From an uncultured delta proteobacterium (lineage in GTDB: Bacteria; Desulfobacterota; Syntrophia; Syntrophales; UBA2192), in NCBI GenBank assembly GCA_963802225.1, contig CAWDHZ010000031.1, forward strand, positions 251,671 through 315,670: a stretch of 64,000 nucleotides of DNA, given 5' to 3'. The position numbers and the translations under genes were made by a program. The notes beneath the pieces are model-generated. The model was given only the letters and a program-made list of their open reading frames with translations. It was not told where the DNA came from and did no database searches. Position 1 is the stretch's first letter; every line of letters starts with the position of its first letter. Below are positions 29,027 through 38,792 of this stretch, piece by piece.

Positions 29027-30133
29027 CTAGGCTTGGCTTACCCGCAGGACGGGCTTGATGGTGCGGCCGCACCGGGCATCGGCGATGGCGCGGTTGATCT
29101 GCCCGAAGTCGTAGAATTTTTCGAGGCGGTCGAAGGGGAAAACCCCTTTTCTGTAATAATCGATCAGCATCGGGATAAAAACCTGGGGCACGGCATCTCC
29201 CTGGACGATGCTCAGCGCCCTGCGCCCCCCCGGCAGGGAGTCCGGTCCGTTCTCGCCTGCAAGATAGGCCGCGGTACCCTTCGGATTCAACAAAACAACG
29301 GCGAGCCGATACAGCCTGTCGCTGCCGGTCGTCTCGATCACGTAATCGACCCCGCTGCCGGTGGCTGCCCGGATGCCCTCGGTCACGCTTTCACGACGGG
29401 TGTCGATCACGTGGGTTGCGCCCAGCTCCAGGGCAAGCTTGAGCCGCGAGGGGACCCTGTCGACGCCGATGATGGGATGGGCCCCGACGATGCGCGCCGC
29501 CATGACCGCCGCCAGGCCGACGCCTCCCGTGCCGAAGACGGCGATGCTCGCCCCGGCAGGCACTGCCAGAGAATTCATCACGGTTCCGGCACCGGTCTGC
29601 AGGCCGCACCCGAGCGGGGCCAGCATCTCCAGGGGCAGGTTTTTCGGGACCTTCACAAGATTGCGCTCCGTTGCCAGGACGTGCGTCGCAAAGGAGGATT
29701 GGCCGAAAAAGTGGCCCCTCACGCGGCTACGGCGCAGCGCATTGCTGCCGTCTTGGCGATGGAAGCCGAAGTTCAGGTCATAGATGGACTCACAGTCCGT
29801 CGGGTGTCTGCTCCGGCAGGGGGGGCAATGGCCGCAGGACTGGAAGGAGAGGACGACATGGTCACCGCGCCGGACGCCCTTCACCTCAGCCCCGACACGC
29901 TCCACGGCTCCGGCGCCCTCATGGCCCAGGATTACGGCTCCATCCGACTCCCGGTACCAGTTGTCGACATAGCGGATGTCGGTATGGCAGATGCCGCTGG
30001 CGACGATGCGAACCAGGACCTCGTCGTCCCGGGGGCCTTCCATCGTGAGGGATTCAGCCTTCATGGGGCCGCCTCTGCGGCGCAGAACGGCTGCCCGGAT
30101 CTCCTGAACATCCGAATCGGCTGGGCGGGTCAT
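29027..30133 (-). CDS. zinc-dependent alcohol dehydrogenase (aryl/benzyl-alcohol DH-like)
   Basis: GICHTDI, GHEGAG, and the VFGTGGVGLAA Rossmann motif. AGGAGG RBS at the chosen start. Confidence 0.9.
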   Translation of the reverse strand: MTRPADSDVQEIRAAVLRRRGGPMKAESLTMEGPRDDEVLVRIVASGICHTDIRYVDNWYRESDGAVILGHEGAGAVERVGAEVKGVRRGDHVVLSFQSCGHCPPCRSRHPTDCESIYDLNFGFHRQDGSNALRRSRVRGHFFGQSSFATHVLATERNLVKVPKNLPLEMLAPLGCGLQTGAGTVMNSLAVPAGASIAVFGTGGVGLAAVMAARIVGAHPIIGVDRVPSRLKLALELGATHVIDTRRESVTEGIRAATGSGVDYVIETTGSDRLYRLAVVLLNPKGTAAYLAGENGPDSLPGGRRALSIVQGDAVPQVFIPMLIDYYRKGVFPFDRLEKFYDFGQINRAIADARCGRTIKPVLRVSQA

Positions 30134-30469
30134 GGCGTCCCTCCTTTTCCTGCCCTCGAAAGTTTGAGATTGAAACCCGGCCACCTTCGGCATCCTGCAG
30201 GGGAGCGTCTCTGCGTGATCAGCAGCGCGCCTCTCTGGTCCGTCTACCGGGTCGCTCTCGACTGCATACCGGAAAAAATAAACCCCGCCTCCCGATTCGA
30301 GAAGTGGGGTTCAAGGGTTCCTTTCCACGGCCTTCTCCTTCTGGAGGGCTGGAAGGTTATGCTGGTGGGTTGACTCGCTGATTTGAAAGGATGACTGTTT
30401 TACTCATAATGAATTTAGCCCCGGATTGTCAAGGAATAATACCACAGAGTGGAATGGTCGGGTCCGCCA

Positions 30470-31366
30470 TCAGAGAAGCGGGGAAAGGGTCGAGTGGATT
30501 TTTTGGATGATTTCGTTTCGGACTGCGAGGTTCCATTTCTTTGCCGCGTTGGCCGATCCGTAGATGTTTCCCAGGTAGAACGGCACCCCGACACCCCCGA
30601 CGATGCCGGCCACGGCGTAGTTTTCCTGATGGATGGCCGTGAGCGTTCCCGCGATGAAGAGCCCGTTGATGAGAAACGCCGTGATTCCGTCTCCATAGTG
30701 TTCGGCGTAGATGTAGCCCGATCCGGGCAGGATGGCCGACATGACCCCGGCCAGGACGGGGGATTTCTCGGGAAGCTCGTGATACCGGTCGATCTGCACG
30801 GCGGCCTCCTTCACATTCTCCTCGCCGGGATGTCCTGGGTATCGGTCCAGGAATCGCTTCAGTGCTTGGCGGCTCACCTCCGCCTTGTTTTCATCGAGAG
30901 CCGCCAGGCAGATCACCACGAGCGAGCGGGGGGCATATTCCGATTCGGGGTATTTTTCAACGAGAGCCTCCAGCGCCGCCCGCGTCCTGTCGTAATTCTT
31001 CAGTTTCCATTGGCTTACCCCCTCGAGATAGCCGGCCCGGATCGCGTAGCCGCTTTCGGGGTATTTTTCGCGCAGGGCCAGGAAGGACCGCGCAGCGGCC
31101 CCGTACTCCTCGCCCTTGAAATAGGCCATGGCGATCTCGAAGGAGGCATAGTCCGCCTTTGCGGAATCCGGGAAAAGGATCAGGAATTTCTTGTATTCCG
31201 TGACCGCCCTGTAGTATTCGCCCTCCTCCATGAAGGCGTCGGCGATCTTGAGCTGGACATCCCCGGTAAAAAGGACGGCCCCGTCGTCGGCATGAAGCGG
31301 GGAAACATAGGCGAGAAAAAGGAACAGCAAAAAGGGTATCGGCAGGAGCCGTTGCAATGATTTCAT
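30470..31366 (-). CDS. TPR-repeat protein with C-terminal membrane segment
   Basis: Signal peptide. YbgF-like TPR repeats (EEGEYYRAVTEYKKFL...). Two C-terminal TM helices. ATGA overlap with the yidD-like gene. Confidence 0.75.
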   Translation of the reverse strand: MKSLQRLLPIPFLLFLFLAYVSPLHADDGAVLFTGDVQLKIADAFMEEGEYYRAVTEYKKFLILFPDSAKADYASFEIAMAYFKGEEYGAAARSFLALREKYPESGYAIRAGYLEGVSQWKLKNYDRTRAALEALVEKYPESEYAPRSLVVICLAALDENKAEVSRQALKRFLDRYPGHPGEENVKEAAVQIDRYHELPEKSPVLAGVMSAILPGSGYIYAEHYGDGITAFLINGLFIAGTLTAIHQENYAVAGIVGGVGVPFYLGNIYGSANAAKKWNLAVRNEIIQKIHSTLSPLL

Positions 31367-31848
31367 TTTTCGAAGAGCAGGTTATTCGAAACGGGATCGT
31401 AGAGCTTTCCGTTGGGTAGCCGCGTGTATCCGGGCCTCTCGAAAATGTTGCACCGGATCTGCCGGTCCCCGATCATCACGACCCCCTCGACGGGCCCCTG
31501 TTCCCGGATGGCCTGATAGCCGTAGTGGGAGCAGCTAGGCCGGAAGCCGCAGCGGTCAGACCCGCCCGCCGGCGAAATGACGACCTGGTAGAACCGGATC
31601 AACCCGTGCATTGCCACGCGGACGCTGGAGGTCTCCGGGTCGTAGGTTTTTTCGGGAACGCGCAGCTCTTCCACGGGCCCCTTCATCGTGAAGTCAGACC
31701 CGAACGTGGTGGCGGCCGGGCTCAGGAGGGTGATCGCGATCCATACAAGCACAACGATCGGTGTCGCCTGCCACCTGACGCCTTGACCGATTTGACCCGT
31801 CTTGGCCACTGCTCTTCGCCGAGGCTCCCGAAGGCCCGAAGTTTTCAC
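31363..31848 (-). CDS. yidD: YidD-family membrane protein insertion efficiency factor, long form
   Basis: Core LIRFYQVVISPAGGSDRCGFRPSCSHYGYQAI. The N-terminal extension and the GTG start are uncertain. Confidence 0.7.
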   Translation of the reverse strand: MKTSGLREPRRRAVAKTGQIGQGVRWQATPIVVLVWIAITLLSPAATTFGSDFTMKGPVEELRVPEKTYDPETSSVRVAMHGLIRFYQVVISPAGGSDRCGFRPSCSHYGYQAIREQGPVEGVVMIGDRQIRCNIFERPGYTRLPNGKLYDPVSNNLLFEK

Positions 31849-31903
31849 AAAGGTAGAAAAAACCGGGGATTCGGTTGTCCACCTTCCATCCCCGGGATCA
31901 TTC

Positions 31904-32143
31904 TCACTTGGTCTTGGGCTGCGCGACCCTGTTCAGGATGTCCTGTTTGGTCTTATCGTATTCTTCCTTGGTGATCGCGCCGTTCTTGTAGGCCTTGTCG
32001 AGATCCTCCAGCTGCTGCCCGACAGTTGGCTGATTGATGACCTCTGTTTTCTTGACCTCCGTGGTATCAGGACCGCAGCATGCGACGAAGTTCAACGCAA
32101 AAACAACGGCCATGATCACGGTGAGGACTCTGATGATCCGCAT
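31904..32143 (-). CDS. SHOCT-domain lipoprotein
   Basis: Lipobox FVACC after MRIIRVLTVIMAVVFAL. C-terminal LEDLDKAYKNGAITKEEYDKTKQDIL. AGGAGGG RBS. Confidence 0.65.
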   Translation of the reverse strand: MRIIRVLTVIMAVVFALNFVACCGPDTTEVKKTEVINQPTVGQQLEDLDKAYKNGAITKEEYDKTKQDILNRVAQPKTK

Positions 32144-32453
32144 GGAATTCCCTCCTTCAAGAGATTGATGAGACGGCATTGTTTTATGAGTCTAGCATCA
32201 AATTGGTGTGCAGGCAATCGGGCAAAAACATTTTATCGATTGGTTCCTTTCCCGCCCGGATTGATAAGAAAGAAGGCCTCTGGAGTGGGGCTGCCTTTGC
32301 GGATTTCCCCCTCGGAGAGGAGATGGAGATCCGGGTGGTGATTTTTCTGAAGCGTCCCGGTCAATTTTGAGCAGGCGGATTGTGCCGGTTGGTATTCCGC
32401 TTGCAGGGCAGGTACCGGAAATTGCAGCACCCAATCCATTCAGGAGGTTTTTC

Positions 32454-32870
32454 ATGTCACGAAAATCGGTCGTTTTGTTTCTCACGCTTTCGCTCGTCCT
32501 GTTTGTGGCCGGTAACGCCTTTGCCGCCACGCTGAGCGGCACCGTCACCACGAGCAAGAAGGAAAGCCAGATGGCCCTGCCGAAGGATGTTGCCCTGGCC
32601 GGGGCGCAGGTCATCATCGGGAAGGATCTGGACCTTGATGTCGGCAGCTCGGGGGCCGATACGATCCGGGGCAAGGTGGCCGCCAAGACACTGACCGACG
32701 AGAAGGGGAAGTTTAAGGCAAACCTCCCGAGCGGAAAATATACCGTCATCGTGTGGAAGACGAGATACACCCCCGCAACCTACACCGTGACCGTGCCGAA
32801 GACGAACTTCGAGGGGCAAATCAGCATTCAGAACGAACGGATCCTCCACACGAGCCTGTCGTTCAAGTAA
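32454..32870 (+). CDS. secreted carboxypeptidase-regulatory-like domain protein
   Basis: AGGAGG RBS and signal peptide. LSGTVTT...KGKFKANLPSGKYTVIVWKTRYTP resembles the CarboxypepD_reg fold. Confidence 0.6.
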   Translation: MSRKSVVLFLTLSLVLFVAGNAFAATLSGTVTTSKKESQMALPKDVALAGAQVIIGKDLDLDVGSSGADTIRGKVAAKTLTDEKGKFKANLPSGKYTVIVWKTRYTPATYTVTVPKTNFEGQISIQNERILHTSLSFK

Positions 32871-32907
32871 TCCCCCGTCGGCGTTTGCATCCTGCCGGGC
32901 CCCAAAA

Positions 32908-32955
32908 GGGGACGGGCTGCCTTTTTGAAAAAGCAGCCCGTCCCCCTTTTTTTTT
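32908..32955 (+). terminator. Rho-independent terminator
   Basis: Perfect 13-bp stem GGGGACGGGCTGC/GCAGCCCGTCCCC followed by a T9 run. Confidence 0.9.
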
Positions 32956-33066
32956 CGGTTCAGTCGGGGTTTGCCCCCTGCGTCTTCGGCTTACCTGAGC
33001 CTCCCGTTTCTTTCTTTTTCCGGCCCGGTGTGGTATGAAAGGAAGCCCTCTGGAGTTGGACGAGTT

Positions 33067-33101
33067 CCCTGTACCCCAATACCCATTACCCAATTCCTGC
33101 T
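33067..33101. repeat. 7-nt phased array (CCC-containing units x5)
   Basis: ccctgta ccccaat acccatt acccaat tcctgct, ending 5 nt before the hslO ATG. Confidence 0.5.
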
Positions 33102-33106
33102 ATAAG

Positions 33107-34000
33107 ATGTCCGATACCCTCATCCGCGTACTGAGCGACAAAGCGAACGTCATCGGCCTTGCCTGCCGGACGACAGATCTGGTGAACCTCGCCTGCCGGC
33201 TCCACGGGACAACGCCCACGGCCTCGGCGGCCCTGGGCAGGGCCCTCACGGGGGGGCTTCTGCTGGGCGCACTGGGAAAGCCGGGTCTGCGGGTGGGTCT
33301 CAAGTTCGAGGGCAACGGCCCCCTGAAAAAGATCCTCGTCGAGGCCGACAGCGAGGGTACCGTCCGGGGTTTTGTGGGGGTTCCGGGCATCGACGTGATG
33401 GTCAGGGAAGACGGCAAGCTCCACGTCTCGGGGGCCCTCGGCACCGAGGGCTTTCTCACCGTATTCAAGGACGTGGGGCTCGACGAGCCCTACCAGGGCA
33501 TCGTGAAACTGCGCACAGGCGAGATCGCCGAGGACATTGCCTACTACTTCGTCGAATCCGAGCAGATCCCCTCGGCCGTGGGGCTCGGGGTCTTCGTCGA
33601 GGCGGACGGGCAGGTTTCGGCGGCGGGCGGGTTTCTCATCCAGACCCTGCCACCCTCGGAGGAGACGACGATCGATCAGCTGATCATCAATATTCGCAAG
33701 ATCCGCTCGGTCACCGATTTCCTGAGGGAAGGCAACGCGCCGGAGGACCTCCTCGGCTTGATCTTCGAGGGGATCCCCTATAGGACACTGGAGAAAAAGA
33801 ATCTGTCCTTCCGATGCACCTGTAATCGCGAGCGCATCGAACGGGTCCTCATTTCGCTGGGGTCTGTAGAGCTGACGCATCTGCTCGAGGAGCACGGCGA
33901 GGCCGAGGTGGGCTGCGAATTCTGCCGGGCGGTCTACCGTTTCGACCGCCGCGAGCTCGAACAGTTGATCTCCGATAGCAACTCGCCGCCGAATGCCTGA
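33107..34000 (+). CDS. hslO: redox-regulated chaperone Hsp33
   Basis: Full-length Hsp33 pattern with the C-terminal zinc switch CTC...CEFC. Confidence 0.9.
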   Translation: MSDTLIRVLSDKANVIGLACRTTDLVNLACRLHGTTPTASAALGRALTGGLLLGALGKPGLRVGLKFEGNGPLKKILVEADSEGTVRGFVGVPGIDVMVREDGKLHVSGALGTEGFLTVFKDVGLDEPYQGIVKLRTGEIAEDIAYYFVESEQIPSAVGLGVFVEADGQVSAAGGFLIQTLPPSEETTIDQLIINIRKIRSVTDFLREGNAPEDLLGLIFEGIPYRTLEKKNLSFRCTCNRERIERVLISLGSVELTHLLEEHGEAEVGCEFCRAVYRFDRRELEQLISDSNSPPNA

Positions 34001-34308
34001 ACAGGCACCATCGTCTTAATGTCCTTTTCCTTCTGTGTCTTCTCGCTCGCCCCGCATCGGGGCCTTATCCATCCGCTCCGGCCTTTCCAGGCCCTCCCGA
34101 CCGCCCATCGGACAATGTCTGATGGCTCGGCGCTCCCCTGTCTGAGCGTTTGCTCAATGCCTGTCTTATCCCACTTTCAGACTGCCGCCGATTTCCATTT
34201 CGATGCCGATGCGATAGATTAGCATCGAAAAAAGAAAGAACAGCGGAGCGAAAAGAGTTTCGGAACCCGCACCGATAAACACAGCAGACACCGTAAGGAG
34301 GTAGTCCC

Positions 34309-34416
34309 ATGAGAAAGATCGAAAAGCTGGAAATCAAGAAGGTCGCCCCCAGGAAACTGATGGACGCCAAGAGCTGGGTCGACCCCATGTGCGGCCCAAT
34401 GGTGACCGGCAAGTAA
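34309..34416 (+). CDS. candidate small protein (35 aa) MRKIEKLEIKKVAPRKLMDAKSWVDPMCGPMVTGK
   Basis: Not in the ORF track because it is under 60 aa. TAAGGAGGT lies 6 nt upstream of the ATG. Confidence 0.45.
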   Translation: MRKIEKLEIKKVAPRKLMDAKSWVDPMCGPMVTGK

Positions 34417-34480
34417 CGCGAAGGAACTCAACGTCTATCTGTATCTTCTGCAACACGTCACTGACTATCTCCTTGACATT

Positions 34481-34517
34481 CGTTCATGGGCGGGGACGGT
34501 CTCCCCGCTCATGAACG
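34481..34517 (+). promoter_or_regulatory. 16-bp intercistronic hairpin
   Basis: CGTTCATGGGCGGGGA-cggtc-TCCCCGCTCATGAACG (one G-U pair), with no T-run after it. Confidence 0.6.
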
Positions 34518-34615
34518 GGCGGAGAGGAGAAGCCTGACGGGGCAGAAAAGCGGATGAAGGCAGCGGGACATTAAACACGGGAAGACAACGCTTACCAGCA
34601 TCAGGAGATCAGAAA

Positions 34616-34732
34616 ATGAAAACAGCTACAAAGCCGGCGGACAAGAAGAGCGCGAGAACATACCAGGAAAAATTCGGGGAAAGAACCCCCGAGGTCTATG
34701 AATCCACCCTCATTGACAAGGTCATTAACTAA
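34616..34732 (+). CDS. candidate small protein (38 aa) MKTATKPADKKSARTYQEKFGERTPEVYESTLIDKVIN
   Basis: Not in the ORF track because it is under 60 aa. AGGAGA lies 7 nt upstream. Followed by a terminator. Confidence 0.45.
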   Translation: MKTATKPADKKSARTYQEKFGERTPEVYESTLIDKVIN

Positions 34733-34760
34733 TCTCTCAACCTGGTTTTCCTCAGGAAGA

Positions 34761-34797
34761 ACCCCCGCCGGCTCCCTCCCGCGGGGGTTTCTTTTGT
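34761..34797 (+). terminator. Rho-independent terminator
   Basis: ACCCCCGC-12 nt-GCGGGGGT followed by TTCTTTT. Confidence 0.8.
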
Positions 34798-34869
34798 GAA
34801 AAACGGCAGTAGATGGGCAAAAAAAGGCCCCCGGGCATTACTGCCCGGGGGCCTTTTCACAATAAGCCG

Positions 34870-36210
34870 TTACTTCTTGGCGGTTTTACGCCAGATATTC
34901 ATTTTCTCCGCATCTTTGATCAGCCCATCGCGCAGATCGGGGTGGGCGACGCCGATCAGCGCCTCCGCCCTCTGCCAGGTGGACTTGCCCGCCAGGTCCG
35001 CCACACCGAATTCCGTTACGATCAGGTGGGCCTGTGTGCGCGGCACCGTCACGATCGATCCCTGCGGCAGCATGGGGGTGATCCGGGATTTGATCTCGCC
35101 CGTTTTCTTGTCCGTATAGGCGGCGTTGCAGCAGATGAAGGACATCCCGCCCTCGGACATGTAGGCGCCGGTTGCGAAATCCAGCTGTCCGCCGGTGCCG
35201 CTGATGTGCCGCGGCCCTGCCGATTCGGACGAAACCTGCCCGAAGAGGTCGACCTCGACGCAGGCGTTGATGGAAACCATGTTGTCATGCTGGCACATGA
35301 TGTGCGGGGCATTGGTGTAGGAGACCGGGTAGGACGCCAGCGAGGGGTTCATGTCGATCCAGTCATAGAGGAACTGGCTGCCGGCGGCAAAGGCGTAAGC
35401 GCTCTTGTTCTTGTCCACGCCCTTCTTTTTGTTGGTCAGCTTGCCGGCTGCGTGCATGTGGTAGTAAGCATCCACGAGCATCTCCGTGTGGCAGCCCAGG
35501 TCCTTGAGATCCGATTCGGCCAGCTGGCTCCCGACGTAATTGGGCAGACCGCCGATGCCCAGCTGGATGCAGGCGCCGTTGGGGATCATGGGGACGATAA
35601 AGCCCGCGATCTTCTTGTCGATCTCCGTCGGGGCGGCGGGGGGAATCACTTCCACCTTGGATTCGAACTCGACGATAGCGGAGACTTCGGAGATGTGCAC
35701 GGTCTCTTCACGGCCGCCCATTGCCCACGGGAGAAGCGGGTTGACTTCGACGATGATCTTCTTCGCAACGTCCATTGCCGCGCGCACCGCCGCATTGCCC
35801 ATGTGCGTGTTGAAGAACCCGTCCTTGTCCATCTTGGTCACGCGGATCATGGCAACGTCGAGGGATTTGATGCTCTTCCGGTAGAACAGGGGCTGGTTGC
35901 GGAAGATCATCGGATGATAGTATGCTCTTCCACGGTCATGCAATTTGCGGACGTATCCACTGAAATGCCAGTCCTGATACGTGAAGACCTCTGCATCGGG
36001 GTCGGATTCGATACAGGCGTTTTGGGTCAGGCTCAGGCAGTGACGGATATTGATGTCCTTGAGTTCATTCTTGCGAGCCGCCAGGGCCTTGTCCAGGGCG
36101 ACCGGCTTGGTGTGTCCGAAGCCGTAATCAATCCAGTCTCCGCTCTTCACCACTTTCACAGCTTCTTCGGGGGTTGTAAGTTTCCTCTTGTACTCTTCTG
36201 CGTAAGACAT
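34870..36210 (-). CDS. acetyl-CoA hydrolase/transferase family protein (4-hydroxybutyrate/butyryl-CoA:acetate CoA-transferase-like)
   Basis: 446 aa, family-typical N-terminus (TPEEAVKVVKSGDWIDYGFG) and GTGGQLDF. GGGAGGT RBS. Confidence 0.9.
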   Translation of the reverse strand: MSYAEEYKRKLTTPEEAVKVVKSGDWIDYGFGHTKPVALDKALAARKNELKDINIRHCLSLTQNACIESDPDAEVFTYQDWHFSGYVRKLHDRGRAYYHPMIFRNQPLFYRKSIKSLDVAMIRVTKMDKDGFFNTHMGNAAVRAAMDVAKKIIVEVNPLLPWAMGGREETVHISEVSAIVEFESKVEVIPPAAPTEIDKKIAGFIVPMIPNGACIQLGIGGLPNYVGSQLAESDLKDLGCHTEMLVDAYYHMHAAGKLTNKKKGVDKNKSAYAFAAGSQFLYDWIDMNPSLASYPVSYTNAPHIMCQHDNMVSINACVEVDLFGQVSSESAGPRHISGTGGQLDFATGAYMSEGGMSFICCNAAYTDKKTGEIKSRITPMLPQGSIVTVPRTQAHLIVTEFGVADLAGKSTWQRAEALIGVAHPDLRDGLIKDAEKMNIWRKTAKK

Positions 36211-36572
36211 CGTCTACCTCCCATTTTTTTTAGTGTGCCCCCTGATCGGGTTGCGCGCCGTCCGTGACGCCCCCGGTCTCTCTGTCGACCGCCTTCCGGA
36301 AGCGTTTTGATACCGTTTCTGCGATTGCGCCGCCTGATTCTAGGAACGCGCACAGCTATCACACCTGCGCAAAAAAAGCAATCCTGAAAACGATTGCACG
36401 CGCATGGAAGCATTGTTGTGCACAGCGGGGCTTCCCGGTGAGGCCGCCCGGTCTGCGCGAAAGGCGAGGGGATAGCCCGGTGCGCACGGATGTCTCTCCG
36501 GAGCGGGGTCTTGCTGCGGGCGGGAAGAGGGGAATGCGTAAGAAATCAGGGAAGTTGGGTAATGCCGGCCGG

Positions 36573-36881
36573 CTACTCCACGACGATGATGCAGTTCTCG
36601 CCCCCGTACTGGTTCCAGCAGCGGGTGGTGCAGCAGGGGTCATCGGTCCAGATGCCGTCGACGACGAACCGGTACTCGTATTTCCCGGGTGCGAGATAGA
36701 AGGTGACCTTCCAGTTGCCGTCCGCCTCTCTCTTCAGGGGCCGGGTGGAAGGATCCCAGTCGTTGAACGTGCCCGCCACGGCTACCTCGCGTGCGTGGGG
36801 TGCATGGACGGCGAAGGCAACCCGTTTTTTGCCGATTTTTGGTGCAGACGAGCCGCTTTTGCTGCCACGTGTGCGTGCCAT
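36573..36881 (-). CDS. glycogen-binding (CBM48/AMPK-beta GBD-like) domain protein
   Basis: VAVAGTFNDWD...W...GKYEYRFVVDGIWTDDP. GAGGAGGTG RBS. Confidence 0.7.
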   Translation of the reverse strand: MARTRGSKSGSSAPKIGKKRVAFAVHAPHAREVAVAGTFNDWDPSTRPLKREADGNWKVTFYLAPGKYEYRFVVDGIWTDDPCCTTRCWNQYGGENCIIVVE

Positions 36882-37076
36882 AAAACACCTCCTCAACAAG
36901 GAGTATAATAATTCGCTGGACCGAAAACATCAACCGTTATTGATGCAAGGGTGGCAATGCTGTGCACCCCGGCCGAAATTACAGGTTGCCGGGGAAGGAG
37001 AAAAAAGGGTAAGTACTCCGTGAAGGTCGGTCTCCGCCGGACGGGCCCGCAGGACAAGCGCCGAAAGGAGATTTCC

Positions 37077-37574
37077 ATGACAGAAGCGACACGCAGGAAT
37101 GTGGAAGCTGCCTTCGTAGGGGAGGCCAAGGCCTACTTCCGGCTTCTGGCCTTTGCCGGGAAGGCGGAAGAGGAGGGATATCCGCAGGTTGCGCGGCTCT
37201 TTAGGTCGATCGCCGCCGCCGAGGCCGTCCACGCAAAAAGCCATTTCGAACTGCTGGAAAAGGTCGGTTCGACGGAGGAAAACCTGAAGCTGTCCTTTGA
37301 AAAGGAGACCTTCGTCAACGAGGTAGCCTACCCGGCGTTTCTGAAGCAGGCCTGGGCCGACGAGGATAAGCTCTCGATCTGGTACTTCACGAAGGCCCGC
37401 AACGCCGAGGAGCGCCACGCCCACCTCTACAAGCTGGCCATCTCCGACATGGCAAGCGACAGGGAAACGAAGTACTTCGTCTGCTCCTACTGCGGGTGGG
37501 TCGAGACCCTGGCAAGGCCCGAAAAATGCCCCAACTGCGGCCGGGCACCGGAGCTCTACAACGAGATTCAATAG
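37077..37574 (+). CDS. rbr: rubrerythrin
   Basis: Ferritin-like four-helix region with E...ExxH motifs, plus a C-terminal CSYC...CPNC rubredoxin-like site. AAGGAG RBS. Confidence 0.9.
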   Translation: MTEATRRNVEAAFVGEAKAYFRLLAFAGKAEEEGYPQVARLFRSIAAAEAVHAKSHFELLEKVGSTEENLKLSFEKETFVNEVAYPAFLKQAWADEDKLSIWYFTKARNAEERHAHLYKLAISDMASDRETKYFVCSYCGWVETLARPEKCPNCGRAPELYNEIQ

Positions 37575-37690
37575 GCACAAAAGTTTGACTTCAGAGGGAA
37601 ATTGCCGATTATAAAATAGTTTGCCCGCGAGGTTGCGAAACGCCAAAAGGTGCCTAAATTGCATGACGGATAGATAATGGAAGGGGATTA

Positions 37691-37732
37691 TTCCCCCTCA
37701 CCCCGACCCTCTCCCTCAGGGGCGAGGGAGAT
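37691..37732. repeat. REP-like palindrome (CTCCCTC-aggggc-GAGGGAG) in a C-rich context
   Basis: Its complement translates as the common spurious ...PEGEGRGEGE peptide. Followed (37751-37799) by an AGA/TAGAC-rich simple sequence. Confidence 0.45.
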
Positions 37733-37808
37733 TAATGTAAGGGGCATACACAGAACCAGACAGACTAGAAAGACAAAATAGACCAGATAGACTAGATCCG
37801 GAGGTGTT

Positions 37809-38789
37809 ATGTCGACAAATCGTTGGGTATTAAAAGGGCTTATGCTCTTCACGCTTTTTTTCTTTCTCTGCTTCCTGATCCCCGATGATGCTTCTGCACG
37901 GGCAGGAAGCAGCCGCTCCTCATCGGGGAGCCGGGGCTCAAGGACGTACTCGGCACCCGCCAGCCCGACGTCCCCCTCGCCGACATCGCCGTCACGGTCG
38001 GTCACGTCTCCGACCCCCGCGGCACCCGCGCCCATGCCAATGCAGCAGCCCAGCATGTGGAGAAGCATCGCGGGCGGTGTCATGGGCGGTATCGTCGGCG
38101 GCATGCTCTTTCGGAGCCTCGGATTCGGCGCTCCCGGTGAAGGGGGTATGGGGGGAGGGATCGGGCTCTTCGAGATCGTCCTCATCGGCGCGATCCTCTA
38201 CTTCCTCTACCGGTTCCTGAAACGCCGCCGCGAGGAGGCCACCGCAGGGGCAACCTATATGGGCGGCCAGTCGGTGGGGACGGCAACACCCCCCTCTCAA
38301 CCCGGCTACGGCCCATCAGCGGGAAACGCTGCCGCCGATGACGTCCAGCAGGGAATTTCGCACGTCCGCCAGATGGACGCGGGGTTTGACGAGAAGGTCT
38401 TCACCGATGCCTGCATGGACGTGTTCTTCCAGATCCAGGGCGCATGGGCAAACCGCGACATGTCCACTGCGAAGAATGTCCTGACCGACGAGATGTACGG
38501 CACCCTCTCGGAGGACGCCCGGAAGCTGAAGGCGGAAAAGAAGTTCAACCGGCTGGAGAACATCGCCGTGCGGTCCATCGACATTACCGAGGTCTGGCAG
38601 GAGGCGGGGCAGGATTACATCACGGTGAGGGTCTACGCCAACCTGCTGGATTACACGATCGACGAGTCGACGAAGCAGGTCCTGTCGGGAAGCCGGACGG
38701 AGCCTGTGAAATTCGAGGAGTACTGGACCTTCACGCGCCCCGTCGGGAAAAACGCCTGGAAGCTTTCGGCCATCCAGCAGGCACAGTAA
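37809..38789 (+). CDS. Tim44-like domain membrane protein
   Basis: Signal/TM segment, Ser/Pro-rich linker, second TM, and a C-terminal Tim44-like domain (FDEKVFTDACMDVFFQIQGAWANRD...WTFTR). Confidence 0.8.
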   Translation: MSTNRWVLKGLMLFTLFFFLCFLIPDDASARAGSSRSSSGSRGSRTYSAPASPTSPSPTSPSRSVTSPTPAAPAPMPMQQPSMWRSIAGGVMGGIVGGMLFRSLGFGAPGEGGMGGGIGLFEIVLIGAILYFLYRFLKRRREEATAGATYMGGQSVGTATPPSQPGYGPSAGNAAADDVQQGISHVRQMDAGFDEKVFTDACMDVFFQIQGAWANRDMSTAKNVLTDEMYGTLSEDARKLKAEKKFNRLENIAVRSIDITEVWQEAGQDYITVRVYANLLDYTIDESTKQVLSGSRTEPVKFEEYWTFTRPVGKNAWKLSAIQQAQ

Positions 38790-38792
38790 GGC

